Part shown: piece by piece, positions 31,801-45,805 of the stretch
Numbering within the stretch: the first letter of the stretch is position 1
Layout: each line of letters opens with the position of its first letter
Translations under genes and position numbers: made by a program
Notes under the pieces: model-generated
Seen by the model: only the letters and a program-made list of their open reading frames with translations
What the model was told of the DNA's origin: nothing
Database searches by the model: none
From: Balamuthia mandrillaris
Taxonomy: Eukaryota
Direction of reading: 5' to 3'
NCBI GenBank assembly: GCA_031835245.2
Contig: JAVKOQ020000016.1
Coordinates: 124,001 to 188,000 of the forward strand
Length of the DNA: 64,000 nucleotides

Positions 31801-34800
31801 AGCACAACAAAGCAGCTGTCTCCCAGACAGAAGAAAAAGAGACAAGAGGAAATCAAGAAGAGGAATTGGCAAAGAAGAAAGCGAAACTGAAAGAGATGAG
31901 ACAATCCATGAAGCTGAAGTTGAAGAAGAAGTTAGCGAAGGAACTGCTTAGAATGAAGCTGTTAAAAGAGAAAGAGGAGCTCGAAAGAAAACGGCTAGCC
32001 AGTTCTCGCTCTCGTTCCAGACAAACCTCACCTAGAGATGGACAAGAAGGAAAATTAGCAGAAGCAAAGAAAGAGGAAGGGAAGCAACGCCTCTCGCAGC
32101 AGGAAGAAGATAAAGCAAAAATGGTGATTGAAGAAAACGAAGTGGAAGAAGAGATAAAGGCTCAACCGGAGCTTACCACTGAAGTATTGTCGGTAGAGAA
32201 ACAGGAACAACCAAAGGAGGCAAGAATGGAGGAACCAGCAGCAGAAAGAAAAGACGCGGAAACGGAAGATAGTCAGCTTGTTCAACGTGATGAACAGGTG
32301 AGTGGCGCGCCAACAGAGCAAAATCAGGCAGAGAGCGAAGAGGAAGAGAGCGAAGAAGAAGAGAGCGAAGAGGAAGAAGAGGATTCCGACGAAGATGATG
32401 AAGACGCTAAGAGAGCCAGACTGAGAGAAAAGAAAAAGAAGATGGCGGAAATGATGCGTAAGAAAGTGCTAGCTGCTCGTCAGATAGCCGAAAGTCGTCG
32501 TAAACTAAGCATCAAGGCTTTGCTTGGAGAGAGACTGGACAAGACACGAGCACGCGAACAGGAAAGCGAAAAGGAAGAAGAGAAGAAACAGGAAGCTCCA
32601 CTTCCCGCCGTCAGCGCAGTAGCTTCTACCACGACGACGAAAGATGATAGCAAAGAAGCACCAACTTCCTCTTCGTCCATCATTGTGCCTGTATTGACGC
32701 ATACCAATCCTCTTGGTACGATCCAAAGCCCGAACACCATCCCCGTTCGTTGTGTTATCTAAGCTTTTTTGCTCTCTTTGTTTGTAATCTTTCTTTTTGC
32801 CTATGTGTATTGTAATTAATGCTCTTCTTATAATGCTGTCATTACAGAACATGTGGTCAAACTAAAGCCCTTGTTGCCAGAAAGAAGACGAGCCACTCGT
32901 CGCCCTCTTCAAATGGATGGCAAAGGCAGCCGCATTTTAGTTTCACCTCACCCTGCCATTGTGGAGCGCGTTTGTTACGGCACATCCTCGATGGAAGAAG
33001 ATCAAGCGGAAGAACAAGAGCCAAAAGGCTCCAAATCCATGATTGTTGGTCGAGGAAGAGGAATGGGCATGGGCATGGGAATAGGAGTCTTCGATCCATC
33101 GGCCGTCAAACTGCGTTCCACTCGTGCGACACCGCAGAACAACAGCAACGAGAAGGAAGAACAAAAGGAGACAGAGGTTAAGCATAGTATTGGAGGAGGA
33201 CGAGGAAGAGGATTGGGATTGCCAGGCTTGGGTAGGGGCGTGGGCATGGGTATGGGAATCGGTGTTTTTGATCCAACTGCTGTAAAGTTACGTTCTACTG
33301 CTGGCAGCAAGTCAGTTATCCAGCCGCGAACAACGGATGTAGAAAAGAGGCGGCTTGAACAACAGGAAAAAGACAAAGAACAAGAAGAGAAAAGAAACGG
33401 TGCTGAAGAGACGGAGCAAAAGAGGAAAGAGGAGCGATTAAAGAAAGAAGCGGAAGAACGATCGAGGAAAGAAGAAGAAGAAAAATTTAGGAGAGAAGAG
33501 GAAGAAAGGGTTAGAAAAGAAGAGATAGAGAAGAAAAAATTGGAAGAAGCAGAAGAAGAAAGACGAAGACTAGAAGAGGAAGAACGATTGCGGAAAGATA
33601 GAGAGGATCGCCAGAGAAAGGAAGCAGAAGAAGCAGAGAAACGAAGGTTGGAAGAAGAGGAACGCCTGCGACAGGAGGAGGAGGAACGACACAGAATAGA
33701 GGAAGAAAAGAAACGATTCGAGGAGGAAGAACAATTGAGAAAGGAAGAAGAACGAAAGCGAATCGAAGAAGAAGAACGTTTGAAGAAGGAGGCCGCAGAA
33801 GCAGAACAACGAAAATTGGAAGAGGTGAGGTTGCGCAAGGAAGAGGAAGAGAGGAAACGACAAGAAGATGAAGAAAAACGCTTGCGAGAAGAAGAAGAGA
33901 GACAACGTCAAGAAGAGGAAGAACGCTTGAGGAAGGAAGAAGAGGAGAGAAAGCGACTTGAAGAGGAAGAACGCTTGAGGAAGGAAGAACAGGAAAGAAA
34001 ACGACTTGAAGAGGAAGAACGCTTGAGAAAGGAAGAAGAGGAGAGAAAACGACTTGAAGAGGAAGAACGCTTGAGGAAGGAAGAAGAGGAGAGAAAGCGA
34101 CTTGAAGAGGAAGAACGCTTGAGAAAGGAAGAAGAGGAAAGAAAACGAGCGGAAGAGGAAGAAAGGTTGAGAAAAGAAGAGGAGGCGCGCTTAAGACAGG
34201 AAGAAGAAGAAGAAAGAAAACGACAGGAGGAGGAAGAGGAGAGAAAGCGCCTGGAAGAGGAAGAAAGGCTGAGAAAAGAAGAAGAAGAAGAACGCTTAAG
34301 ACAGGAAGAAAAGGAGAGACAGCGAGTGGGAGAGGAAGAGCGACAAAGAAAAGAAGAGGAAGAACGCTTGAGAAAGGAAGAAGAGGAAAGAAAACGGCTA
34401 GAGGAAGAAGAGCGCTTGAGAAGGGAAGCAGAAGAAGCAGATAAAAGAAGATTGGAAGAAGAGGAGCGCTTGCGAAAGGAGGAAGAAGAGAGAAAACGAC
34501 AGGAAGAGGAAGAACGCCTCAAAAAAGAAGAGGAGGAAAGAAAACGACAAGAGGAGGAGGAAAGGAGAAGATTGGAAGAGGAAGAACGACTGAGGAGAGA
34601 GAAAGAAGAAAAGAGAAGGCTGGAAGAGGAGGAGAGGCAAAGAAAAGAAGAGGAAGAACGCTTGAGGAAGGAAGAAGAGGAGAGAAAACAGAAAGAAGAG
34701 GAAGAACGACAAAGAAGGGAAGAGGAGGAAGAGGAGAGAAAGCGACTGGAAGAGGAAGCGCGGCTGAGAAAAGAAGAGGAGGAAAGGAAACAACAAGAGG

Positions 34801-37066
34801 AAGAAGAGGAGAGAAAGCGACTTGAAGAGGAAGAACGCTTGAGAAAGGAAGCAGAGGAAAGAAAACGAGCGGAAGAGGAAGAAAGGTTGAGAAAAGAAGA
34901 GGAGGCGCGCTTAAGACAAGAAGAAGAAGAAGAAAGAAAACGACAGGAGGAGGAAGAACGAAAAAGAAAGGAAGAGGAAGAACGGTTGCGAAAGGAGGAA
35001 GAGGAGAGAAAGCGTCAAGAGGAGGAAAAACAAAGACAAGAAGAAGAAAGAAAACGGGTTGAAGAAGAGCGCTTGAGGAAGGAAGAAGAGGAGAGAAAAC
35101 AGAAAGAAGAGGAAGAACGACAAAGAAGGGAAGAGGAGGAAAGACTCCAAAAAGAAGAGGAAGAACGAAAAAGACTTGAAGAGGAGGAACGATTGCAAAA
35201 GGAGGAAGAAGAGCGAAAACGACAGGAAGAGGAAGAACAACAAAGAAGGGAAGAAGAGGAGAGAAAACGACTTGAAGAAGAAGAAGCACGCTTAAGACAG
35301 GAAGAAGAAAGAAAACAACAGGAGGAGGAAGAGCGACAAAGAAAGGAAGAAGAGGAGAGAAAACGACTTGAAGAAGAACGGCAAAGAAAAGCAGAGCAAG
35401 AGAGACAACGAAAAGAAGAGGAAGAACGCTTGCGCAAAGAAGAGGAAGAAAGAAAACAACGTGAAGAAGAGGAGCGATTGAGGAAAGAAGCAGAACAACG
35501 AAGATTAGAGGAGGAGGAACGCTTGCGAAAGGAGGAAGAAGAGAGGAAACGACAGGAAGAGGAAGAACGCCAAAGAAAAGAGGAGGAAGAACGCTTGCGA
35601 AAAGAAGAGGAGGAAAGAAAACGAATTGAAGATGAAGAACGCTTGAGACAGGAGGAAGAGGAGAGACAAAGAAAGGAAGAGGAAGAGCGCTTGAACAAAG
35701 AGGAAGAGGAGAGAAAACTCCTCGAAGAGGAAGAACGCTTGAGAAAGGAGGAAGAGAGAAAACGTCTGGAAGAAGAGGAACGATTGAGAAAGGAAGAGGA
35801 AGAGCGCTTGAGAAAAGAGGAAGAGGAGAGAAAACGCCTCGCAGAGGAAGAAAGACGACGACAGGAAGAAGAACGATTGAGAAAGGAGGCAGAAGAAGCG
35901 GAAAAACGAAGATTAGAGGAAGAGGAGAGACAAAGAAAGGAGGAAGAAAGGAAACGCTTTGAAGAGGAAGAACAACGACGCAAAGATGAAGAAGAACGAT
36001 TGAGAAAAGAGGAAGAGAGACAACGCCGCGAAGAGGAAGAACGCTTGAGAAAAGAAGAAGAAGAAAGGAAACGTCGTGAAGAGGAAGAACAACGACAAAA
36101 AGACGAAGAAGAAAGATTGAGGAAGGAAGCAGAAGAAGCGGAGCGACAAAGACTGGAGGAAGAGGAGCAGCTGCGAAAGCAACAAGAGGAAGAACGCTTG
36201 AAACGAGAAGAGGAAGAAAGATTGCAGGCGGAAGAAGCAAAAAAACAAGAGGAGGAACGTCATAGAATAGAAGAGGAGAGAAAAAGACTCAAAGAAGAAG
36301 AACGTCTTCGAAAGGAAGCAGAAGAAATAGAGAAAAAGAAAAAAGAAGAGGAAGAAGAACGGCTTCGAAAACAGCAACAAGCGGAAGAAGACAAGAAGAA
36401 ACGTGAAGAGGAAGCCAAACGACAAGAAGATGAGTTGGAGCTGCGCAGACAGAGACGCGCTGAACGTCTCCGCCAAAGGGAAGAGCTCTCATCAAGCAGC
36501 AGCAGCTCGTCCATCGACACTGTCACCTCTCGAAGCAACACCACCAACGGTTCGGCCTCACTCTTCCAGTTCTTTGTTCTGATTTTTTGCACTCTGCTCT
36601 CATTCCATTTTCTCGCTTCTCTTCTGATATCTTCTAATCTATCTTTGCTTTTCTCTCTCAAAAAAAAAATACAGGAGAACATGAAAGAAGTGGCATAAGA
36701 GCTCAATCCTTGCCAACCTCTCCAAACAGCTCAAGAAGAAATCGACCAAGCACCTCCGCCTTCGCCATTCCCTCCTCCTCCTCTTCGCAACAACAACAAC
36801 CACCAAAGGAAGAAGCTGCCAATCGATCCTGGTCCGTTCCTGTCTCTCCGAGAAAGAACAGCCTCGCTTCTTCGCCCTCTTCGTTTGCTAGCTCTCCTCC
36901 CAGAGCGACGTCCTCGCCATCGCTGGCCGGCACCAGCCCCTTGGCCAACAAGCCGATCATCAAGAGAATGGCCACCAACCCTTTCTTGCAGATGGACATG
37001 GAGCTGCGGGCCAAGCAAATGGAGGAGCGAAGGCGCATGGAGGAGAAGCTCGGCAAGAAGGAGTAA
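28506..37066 (+). CDS. Giant membrane-anchored E/R/K-rich single-alpha-helix protein, ~2767 aa; exons 28506-32715, 32848-36549, 36675-37066
   Basis: Hydrophobic segment at about aa 18-39. Two phase-1 GT-AG introns join three long ORFs in frame. Extensive EEEERLRK/EEEERKR repeats. A 5'-UTR intron is likely at about 28325-28470. Confidence 0.8.
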
Positions 37067-37434
37067 AAAAAACGAAACTTTGTTCTTTTATTTTATTAAT
37101 TCGTTTTTATTTTTTATTTTATTTTTATTCATGTTAATTTTTTTTAAATGAACAATAATATTTTGTTAAAAAATGCTTATTTTTCTAGAACTTTAGTTAT
37201 TTATTTTTCTGCAAGACTCAAAACAGAAAAAAACAAAAACTTTAAAACTTTAAATAAAAAGAAGCAGTATATATCACTATCGTGTCGTCCTGAATAAATC
37301 CCGCGACGCGAACATTTTGTAATTTTTCTCACGTCGTCCTGGTATTTTGTCATGACGACGCGATTATATTTAACGTAAAGAATAAATAAAAAGAAAAAGG
37401 CAAAAAGCAACAAAAAAAAAAAAGGGGTTTTTTG

Positions 37435-38715
37435 ATGTATCACTTGAAGATCCAAGTGGCCGCCGACAAGGAAACAGCGCTCATCACCAACCACGCCAGC
37501 AGCTATCAGTTTATGGAGTCAGAGCACGTGCGAGCGGCCACCCGCAAGATCGCCTCCTCCCCGGCTTCCACTCGCGCCCGCTCCCGGTCCTCCTCTTTGG
37601 CCTCCTCCTCCTCGGAAGGCTCCTCCTCCGCCTCTCTGGCCCGGCCTTCGTACAGCTCCGTGGTCAGCAGCTCGGGCGGGGGAGGAAGACGCAGCCTCAG
37701 AAGCTCGAAATCGGAAGAGAAAGTCAAGGAAACGGAGGCCACGGTTGGAGGAGAAGAGGAAGAGGAAGAGGAAGTGGAAGGGGGGAATGCAATGGAGAAG
37801 CAAGAGGGAGGAGGGGAGGCGGTCATGGAGGAGATGAAGTTTTTGGTGGGCAACCCGACGGTGGAGGTCACCGAGGGTATCCTCCACCTCTTCAAAGACA
37901 ACGACGTTACGCCCGCTCGTCGCCACATTCTTCCTGTTCGGTTTTTCTTCTCTTTTCTGTTTCTATTTCTTCTTTCTCATCTGCTCTCGCTTCTCTCGCT
38001 GTTGTCGCTCTCATATTGCAGGAGAAGAGAAGTTTGGTGGTGGCGGTGTTGGCGGTGCCGTTGACGCTGGCCATATCCGACTTTTGCCAGTTTGTCTCCC
38101 CGTTCCTAAAGTTTATTTCCAACGTTCGCATTATCAGGTTTACTTTTTTTAACCCTCTCTTCTTCGTTCTTCGTTCTTCTTTCTTCTTTCTTCGTTCCTC
38201 TGCTTCGTTCCTCTTTTGTCTTCTTTCTTCTTTCTCTGCTTTCTTCTCTCTTCTTGTTCTCTGACTTCTTCTTCTTTCTTGCCATGCTATATTCTGTTCT
38301 CCCTTCGACTTCTCTATTCTCCTCTATTCACTCTTTCTTTTTTTCCTACAAAAAACGATCGTACGGCAGAACACCGAAAGAAGGCAGAAGCAAGTACATG
38401 GTAGTACTGCAGTTTAGACAGCAGGTAATGGCCGATGAGTTTTATATAGAGTACAATGGCAAACAATTCAACTCTATGGAAGTACGTTAGTGCCCATCCT
38501 CTCTTTGCTTTCTCGTCTCTACCCTTTGCTTTGCCTCCCCTCTCCCTTTCCTCCTCCTCCCCCCCCTTTGCACGTTTGCCCTAATGCGTGGATTGCAGCC
38601 AGAGGTCTGTTATACTGCGTTTGTAGCTTCTATCAGCTTTGGAAATGCGGATACTCCCTTCTTTCCAGCCGAAGGCCAAACGGAATTACCAACGTGTCCT
38701 GTATGTTTAGGTTTG

Positions 38716-38757
<42 letters not shown>

Positions 38758-39952
38758 ACCCCCTCCCTCTCTTCTCTAACAATACTCTTTCCAAATGTCA
38801 GAGAGGATGGATACGGGAGTAACGGGTCTTCTCACCATTCAATGCAACCACTCCTTCCACTGTCTCTGTCTCTCCAAGTGGCGAGGGGAGGTTAGCTGTC
38901 CTGTATGTCGCTACGCCCAAGAGGAGTCTGTGGCTACCGACTCGGTATGTTATGTGTGCGGCAAGAATGACAGTCTTTGGATCTGTCTCATCTGCGGCCA
39001 CATTGGTTGCGGAAGGTACAAAGGTGGCCACGCCAATGGACATTTCCAACAGTCGGGCCATACTTATGCCCTTGAATTGGAGACACAACGCGTTTGGGAT
39101 TATACTGGTGATAAGTGAGTCATTACTATTTTCTCTCTTTCTGCATTATTTTTGAGACTGACTCACTCCGTAATAGTTATGTACATAGGCTAATACAAAA
39201 CAAAACGGATGGTAAACTAGTAGAAGTGTCTGGCCCGGACGAGGATGCGCAGGAAGTCAAGGAGCAAATCCTCGAGAGCAAACGAACGGCGGTTGCGCTC
39301 GAGTACACTTACCTGCTGACGAGTCAACTGGAAACGCAGCGCACGTTCTTTGAGGAGCAAATGGCAAACCTCTCCAAAGAAAAAGACGCGCAGGTGCATG
39401 CTTTGAGCGAAGCACTCGCGAAGGCCAACGAGGAGCGTGAGAAGCTGGCCCAAGATGTTAAAGCCTTGGAGAAGCAGAAAGCGGCCAACAGAAAACAGGT
39501 CTCCCAGCTGGAGAAACGGTTGAGCCAGTTGCAAAAGGAATCCGATTTTCTGCGCCAGGTGTTTATCTTCCTCTTTTCTCTCTCTCTTTCTCCTCATCCC
39601 CTTTCTCCGCTTCGGTTCGCTATTCTCTCTATTTCCTCCCTCTTCCCTTTTTCCTCCGTCTTACTCCATTCTTGAATAGTGTAATGAGAACATGAGACAG
39701 AACCAAAGCCAATGGCAAGCCAAAGCGGAGTCAGCGGAGGAACTGTTGAGGACAACCAGCGAGCAGACACAACGGAGGGTGACGGAGCTGGAGGAACAAG
39801 TGCGAGACCTCATGTTCTTCATCGAGGGCAATCGGCAGGTGGAGGCTTCCGGCGGAGAACTGAAGGATGGCTCTATTCTTGTGCCTGGCCAACCTCCAAC
39901 AAACGGTGGTGGCAATCGAGGCCGAGGAAAGAGAGGAAGAGGAAGAAGGTGA
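37435..39952 (+). CDS. BRAP: BRCA1-associated protein BRAP2/ETP1 (BRAP2 domain, RING, zf-UBP, coiled coil), multi-exon
   Basis: Motifs GNPTVEVTEGILHLFK, YNGKQFNSME, ELPTCPVCLERMD, CNHSFHC, CPVCRY, WICLICGHIGCGRY, QRVWDY, YVHRLIQNKTDGKLVE and LEEQVRDLMFF. Confidence 0.93.
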
Positions 39953-40004
39953 GAGAGAGAGCAAAAACAAATCAAGTGCTGCAAAAAATGTTGATTATTT
40001 TTTT

Positions 40005-41043
40005 TTAGTCTTGCTTCTTGGGAGGAGGAGCAAGCGCTTTTCTTCTTTGCGAAACCATGTGCAAATACATCTTTGGCAATCCTGTTTGAAAGCGGAGAGA
40101 AAGAAGAAAGAGAAAAAGGAGAGAAGAAAGAGGAGTGCGGTAAGAAATAGTGCCGTTAAAGAAAAGAGACGAAAAGAGAGAGAAAAAAAAGCATACCAGG
40201 AAGATAGAGCACGAGCACGAGGAGGAGGAAGTAATAATAGTCAAAAGAAACGTTCCAAGCGTTCGGCATAGCCACCGAGAACAGCCCGTTCTCCTTGATC
40301 CAGGGCAGGCTCACCACAATGCAGCCGCACTCCCCGCTCACCCCGCTGGGGTACAGCACGAAGAAGAGGGTGTACCGCAGCCACAGCAGGAAGTAAGGCA
40401 CCCTCCCGACGGTGTTCAGGGCGTAGAAGAGGTAGCGCACCACTTCGGTCACGCTCCAGCTTGCCACCATGATGGCCAGCATCAAGTGGTTTTGTGCGGT
40501 GGGGACCCATTGGGCGATGCCCCAGACGAGGAAGACGCGAGAGGTGACCTGGATGAGGGTCGTGGCCACCGGCGTGCGCACGATGCCCAGCATGGAGTGG
40601 AAGACCTCCAGCACGGCCAAGGTCTGGAAGATCTGGAGGGGCAGGGCGACATAGCTCCACAGGGGGCGAGGGGCGTCCGCGAAACCGCCGTCTTTGATGA
40701 AGAACTGGTACTCCAGGCTCCACAACACCCAAAGCCTTTTTAAAAAAATGTAAGTACTAGAAGAAAGAGGAAACCAAAAAAGAGGAGAGAGATAAAGAGA
40801 GCGAACGGGATCGAAAGGATTACCAGCCGCAAAATTGGACCAAGTTATAGGTTACGATGTACGCTTCCTTGGCTCCAAACGCTTTTTTTAAAAAAACAAA
40901 AGCTCCAAATGTCAGCGGATAAGTAACACAACAAAAAGAGAGAGAGAGAGAGAGACAAGGAAGGAGGAGGAGGAGGAGGAAAAAAAAAACAAACATTTAG
41001 GACCGGCTTTCCTCTGCGCGTTGGCCGCACTCGTGTTCGCCAT
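40005..41043 (-). CDS. HACD: Very-long-chain 3-hydroxyacyl-CoA dehydratase (PTPLA/PHS1 family), 4 exons
   Basis: Motifs YNLVQFCGW, FQTLAVLEVFH, QVTSR, WSVTEVVRY, WLRYTLFFVLYPSGVSGE and MYLHMVSQRRKAL. Confidence 0.93.
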
Positions 41044-41134
41044 TTTTTTTTAACTTTTTTCTTTTTTTTTTTCACCGCCAAAATTCACGACGACACGAAA
41101 CTATACAAAAAAAACACAATATATATTCATGTCG

Positions 41135-42632
41135 TCACGAATCCAACCCTTCTCCAGCAGAGGAGGAAGCAGCAGAGGAGGGAGAGGAAGAGGAGAAAGG
41201 ATCATCCACGCGAAGGGCGTGCTTCAAGAAACGAAGCAGCGCCGCGTAGCGCACGTCCTTCTTGTTGTAGGGCTTGCAGATTTGGATGTGGTCGGCGTTG
41301 ATCTTGATGAAGGAGTGCGTGACGCCCTGCGGCAGCTCCAATCCTTTCTCCTTGGCGATCTCTTTGAACCTTGGGTTGGCCGACTCATCCGTCACAACCT
41401 TTTGGTGTTGAGGTTTAAATGTTCTTTTCAAGTGAGAACCAACTAAGCTAAACGGAAAGCAGAAGAAGAAGAAGAAGAAGAAGAAGAAACAATAGAAGAC
41501 AAAAGAGAGAAGAGGAGGAGAAGAGAGAGAGGAGAAGGAAAAACCTGATAGCAATTGTATTGGCTGCCGAAACAAGTGATACTCTCACCAAAGGAGAGCG
41601 TGGAGATGTGCTTGGCGAACGATGGAAAGTTTTCGTTGAGGGCCACCAATTGGAAGTTCTTTGGTTGAAGGTCATCTATGGCGGATGTCCCTCGGAACAA
41701 TGCGTTCACTGTGTAGTGTGCGTACTTTGTGTACTCAACTCCTATTGATGCATTTGTAAGTCTCACTGATTACATGGGCATGCACCAGAAGCAAGCTTAT
41801 TACCATTGTGAGGAGTTCCATAGAATACAATTCCAGCTGTGTTGTCGATTATATTGCGATATCTCTCCTCTTCCGATGCAAATTGCAGCATTTGCTTCAC
41901 CAAAAGCCCACCTTTGTAGTTAAACATCATCATTAAAAACAAAAGAGGATAAAGCAGACGGAGGAGGAGGAGGAGGAGAACAAAGAAAATAAAGAACAAG
42001 CCACCCACCAAAGCTGTGACTCACAAAGACCACGGGGCGATTGCCTATTGCTGCGAGCTTCAGCTTCTCCAACAAGACCTTGCTCTGGTCTTGCAACGGT
42101 AAAGCACTGCCAAACCATTTGCTCAGAAACAGCTCGAACTCGACCGATATGACCCTCACTCTGTTCAATATCATAAAGGCAGTCAGCGAACTAGATGAAG
42201 CAAGCAAACAGACGAGAAAGAATATTAAAGAAAAAGGTACCCAGGTAGATCTTCAGGAATCCAATCCTTTGGCCAAATGGCGCTTTTGCCTTCGGTGCCG
42301 ATCTCCGCACCACCAAATGTTTCATAGCCAGCTCCGTACTCCTCCTTGGCCTCCTCTCCTACAAACGTGTCTCCTGCCGTCCACGTGGCATAGGGATGCC
42401 CGGTAACGCCGTGCACAAACACAATGTCGTATTTCGGTTGAGGGAGGAAAAAGCTTCCACCTTTGCTGTTGGCCCTTACCATCTCTAAGGATGGGTAGAG
42501 AAGATGCACTCCTTCCGTGTATTTGGCTTCCGTTAACTCTGCGAAAGCAACGCGAGCATATGAGAGAACATAGAAACAAAAAGAAGACGGTTGGGTGAGG
42601 AAAAATCAATAACCACAAAGGAAGAGAGAGAG

Positions 42633-42691
<59 letters not shown>

Positions 42692-45600
42692 AGGAGAAAG
42701 GAAGAGGAATGAAGAGAATGGTGAACCGACCAAGTTTAACCAAGCTAGCTTTGGCACGAATGGCGTTGGCACGAGTGATGGGATCCCTCGAGTTTATGAA
42801 TGAGTTCAAAAGGTCATCAAGGCCTTCCACAGACTTCAACAGGTCACCAGCTGTTTTATCATTTAGTATTATGAAGAGAGAGAGAGAGAGTCAGCAGGAG
42901 GCATTCACCTGCGACAGCCAGATTAGCCAACACTCGAGACATGTGTCGTGAAAATAGGTCTCTTTCTGACTTTGTAGAGCGTTGCACGGAAGATATTTTA
43001 TCATCGCCAATCATTGTTGTTTGTTGTGCACGATAGTCGCTTCGTCTTTTCTTCTCGCTTCTTTGTGTTTCTGCCAGCATGCTTTCGCCGGCCAGACGGC
43101 GAATCTCATCCAAGCTGCCTCCCGCCAAAACCATTTTTCGGGCAACAGAGGGACTCATGGACATATTACCCAAAGCACGAGCAGCGTGCTCCACCGCCCT
43201 CCGCTCATTTTGTTTGTCTTTTCCTATTATTAAGACGACGAAAATAAGATAAGAAGAAGAAGAAGAAGAAGAAGAAGAACAAGAACAAGAACAAGAACAA
43301 GAACAAGAACAAGAAGAAGAAGAAGAAGAAGAACAAGAACAAGAACAAGAACAAGAACAAGAACAAGAACAACAAGCAGAAGATTACCACAAAAGGACGC
43401 AAGTGTGGTAAGAGTATTAACATCAAAGTGCTGGAACAACTGTTCCACCAGTTCTTCGTTCTTTGTCAAATTAGCGAGTAGACGGAGCAATTGTTGACAC
43501 TCTTCCACAGATTTGTTTTCGCTTTTGCTTGCAGTGGGGAGTTGCTTTGGCGCTACATCTTGGCTTTGTTGGGGTAGTTGGTTTAACGTCCATGAATGAG
43601 CCATGCCTTTCAACCGATCCACTCCAACTCGCAAAAGGATCTCTTGAGAAAAATTTACTATTGAGAGAGGAAAGAGGAAAGCAAGAAAAGGGGGGTAGCA
43701 CAAGGAGTAAGAGGTTGTAAGCGAACATTCTTGAAGAATGGAAAAAATGGATATCACCATCAAAGGCCAAATTGCCGAGCGCAACAAGGGCTGAAAGCTT
43801 GGTGTCTTCATCAACGTTAAGTGTGGGGTGCAAACATTTTGTAAGATAGGATAACCACCCCTCTCTCATTATGGTTTGTCGATTATGGTCTGCAAAAACA
43901 CTGTTAATCATATCCACAAATGGAACGAACACAAAGTTTTTTAAACGAACCAATATTGGAGAGATTCGCCAGGGCACGAACGACTTGTTTCTTGATCTCT
44001 GGATTATGTACAGATGCTTCCTTCACAGAATACAAAATAGAATGTGCGCCCCCTCGTCCAATAAAACTGGATAGAGCATCTTTAATAGACCAACTTTAGT
44101 TTTTGGAGCTCACACATCTATAATAAGAGACTAAGGATTACCTTGTGTGGCAATATTAGCTATGATTCTAGCTACCCCTTGCTTCACGGTATCATCGCCA
44201 ACCTTGGCAAAGAGTTCGAGCAACGGAAGTCCACCTTTGTGAACAATCTTTTGGGCGCTCTCTCCTTTTGTTCGCGGGTTAGAAATAACAAGAAAACACT
44301 ACAAAACTTCTTTTTTTTCTTGCATTAAAATAAACAAACCATCCATGGACATCTTGAGCGCTGCCGATGAGATGGCGCGATGGTAAGTCGGGCCAGCAAC
44401 AACCGAAGAGCCTATCGTCAACAGTGGCTTCCATCCCATTTGCTCCACAACGGCTACAGCATTCTCGTTGAGGTCTATGAGAGAGCATGTGTGTGTATGT
44501 GAGTAGCAGAGCGATTTAAAGAATGGTGGCAACAGTACCCCCATCCTTATTCAGAATAAGCTCTCGAAGTACTAATCCAACGTGGCCAAGCACCCATGTA
44601 TCTTCGTCCTTCATGTCATTTCCTCCTTCTTGCACCAAGTGGGCTAATATTCGTGGTCCTTCCATTGCCAAAAAGTCTTCTTTGCCAACACCTTGTAGTC
44701 ATTCAAACATTTCATTCAACAGAGAGAGAGAGAGAGAGAGAGAGAAGACAAAGAGACAAGTGAGCAAGACAATACATTACGAATGAAGGCGAAGCACGCC
44801 ACAGAAGTAAAAGGAAAGAGACGTAAACGAACCTGCAACCATGATGTCTGCTAATGTTCGGGCCACCAGAGTTCGCAACACAGCGTCAGAACTGTATGCT
44901 GCTGCTTGCAGTGCCGTTAAGATATCTTGCTCCACCAGTTGCTTCGCCGTCCAGGCTATTCGTTCATGGGTTAGACTTTCAATCATAATAACAATATAGG
45001 AGGAGGAGGAGCGAAGAAGCAGAAGCAGAAGCAGAAGCAGAAGCAGAACAAGAAGAACAAGAACGAGAAGCCATCGAACGAACGAAGAAGGTACATACGG
45101 GTCTCAGCTAGGAATGCGAGCGTTCGCACGGCGTTTCTCCGTGCAAGCACGTTTTCATCGCTTTTGGCCTGTTCTATGAGCCTACTGGCGAAATAGGACA
45201 GCACCCTCCTTTGTATTGGGTCGAGAATGTGGTAGTGCTCTTACACCACGAGAGAAGAGTGAGACAAGAGCTTGGACAAAGGAGAGAGGAGAAGAGGACG
45301 ATGAGGGAAGCAGCTTACTGTCCAGTTCAAGCGTCAAAGCACCAAAGGCACCGAGCGCAAGAAGGGACCCCAGAGCGTAGAGAAGAGGCCTTCTCCTCCT
45401 CTTGACCGCCTGCCAAAGGCGCTGCGTGCGGCTCAACGGCGCTTGCGTTGCCAGCGCCGTGCTCGTCGGCCGCCAACGAGGACTGATGCTGCTGCCGCTG
45501 CTGCCACCACTGGCAGTGGTCTGCATTAGCCTCCTCGTTCGGGTCCACGAGAGCGACCTCCCTCTCCAAGTGCCAATGGTCGATGGGGAGGTCAAGGTGG

Positions 45601-45805
45601 AGGAAGGCGAGATGCCAAAAGAGCTCATAGGCCTTCGCGCCCTGATGCTCCCTACGGCGAGGCAGACCGGAAGATCGTGGGTGCCTCGTCGACGGTTGGC
45701 GAGACCGTGCGGCCATGAGGCAAAGGGGAGAAAAGGACGGAGGAGAGGCAGGCCGCGAGGGGCGGCTGATGGGCTCCTCCTCCTCCTCCTGACAGCCAGC
45801 AGCAT
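41135..45805 (-). CDS. SERAC1: SERAC1-like protein (N-terminal TM, ARM repeats, alpha/beta-hydrolase lipase domain), many exons
   Basis: DIVFVHGVTG, WPKDWIPEDLP, RVISVEF, RPVVFVSHSFGGLLVKQML, GIVFYGTPH and NADHIQICKP, with ARM-like exons upstream. Exon borders not all resolved. Confidence 0.85.
43252..43372. repeat. (AAG)n/(AAGAAC)n compound microsatellite in a SERAC1 intron
   Basis: Directly visible. Confidence 0.9.

Noticed and set aside
33900..36200. CRISPR-like or satellite array
   Set aside because: Degenerate in-frame coding repeats without unique spacers; eukaryotic context with no cas genes.
33002..36476. Long minus-strand ORFs (e.g. 34519-36240, 35015-35983) rich in S/F/L
   Set aside because: Antisense shadows of the purine-rich ER/K repeat, which lacks stop codons on the reverse strand.
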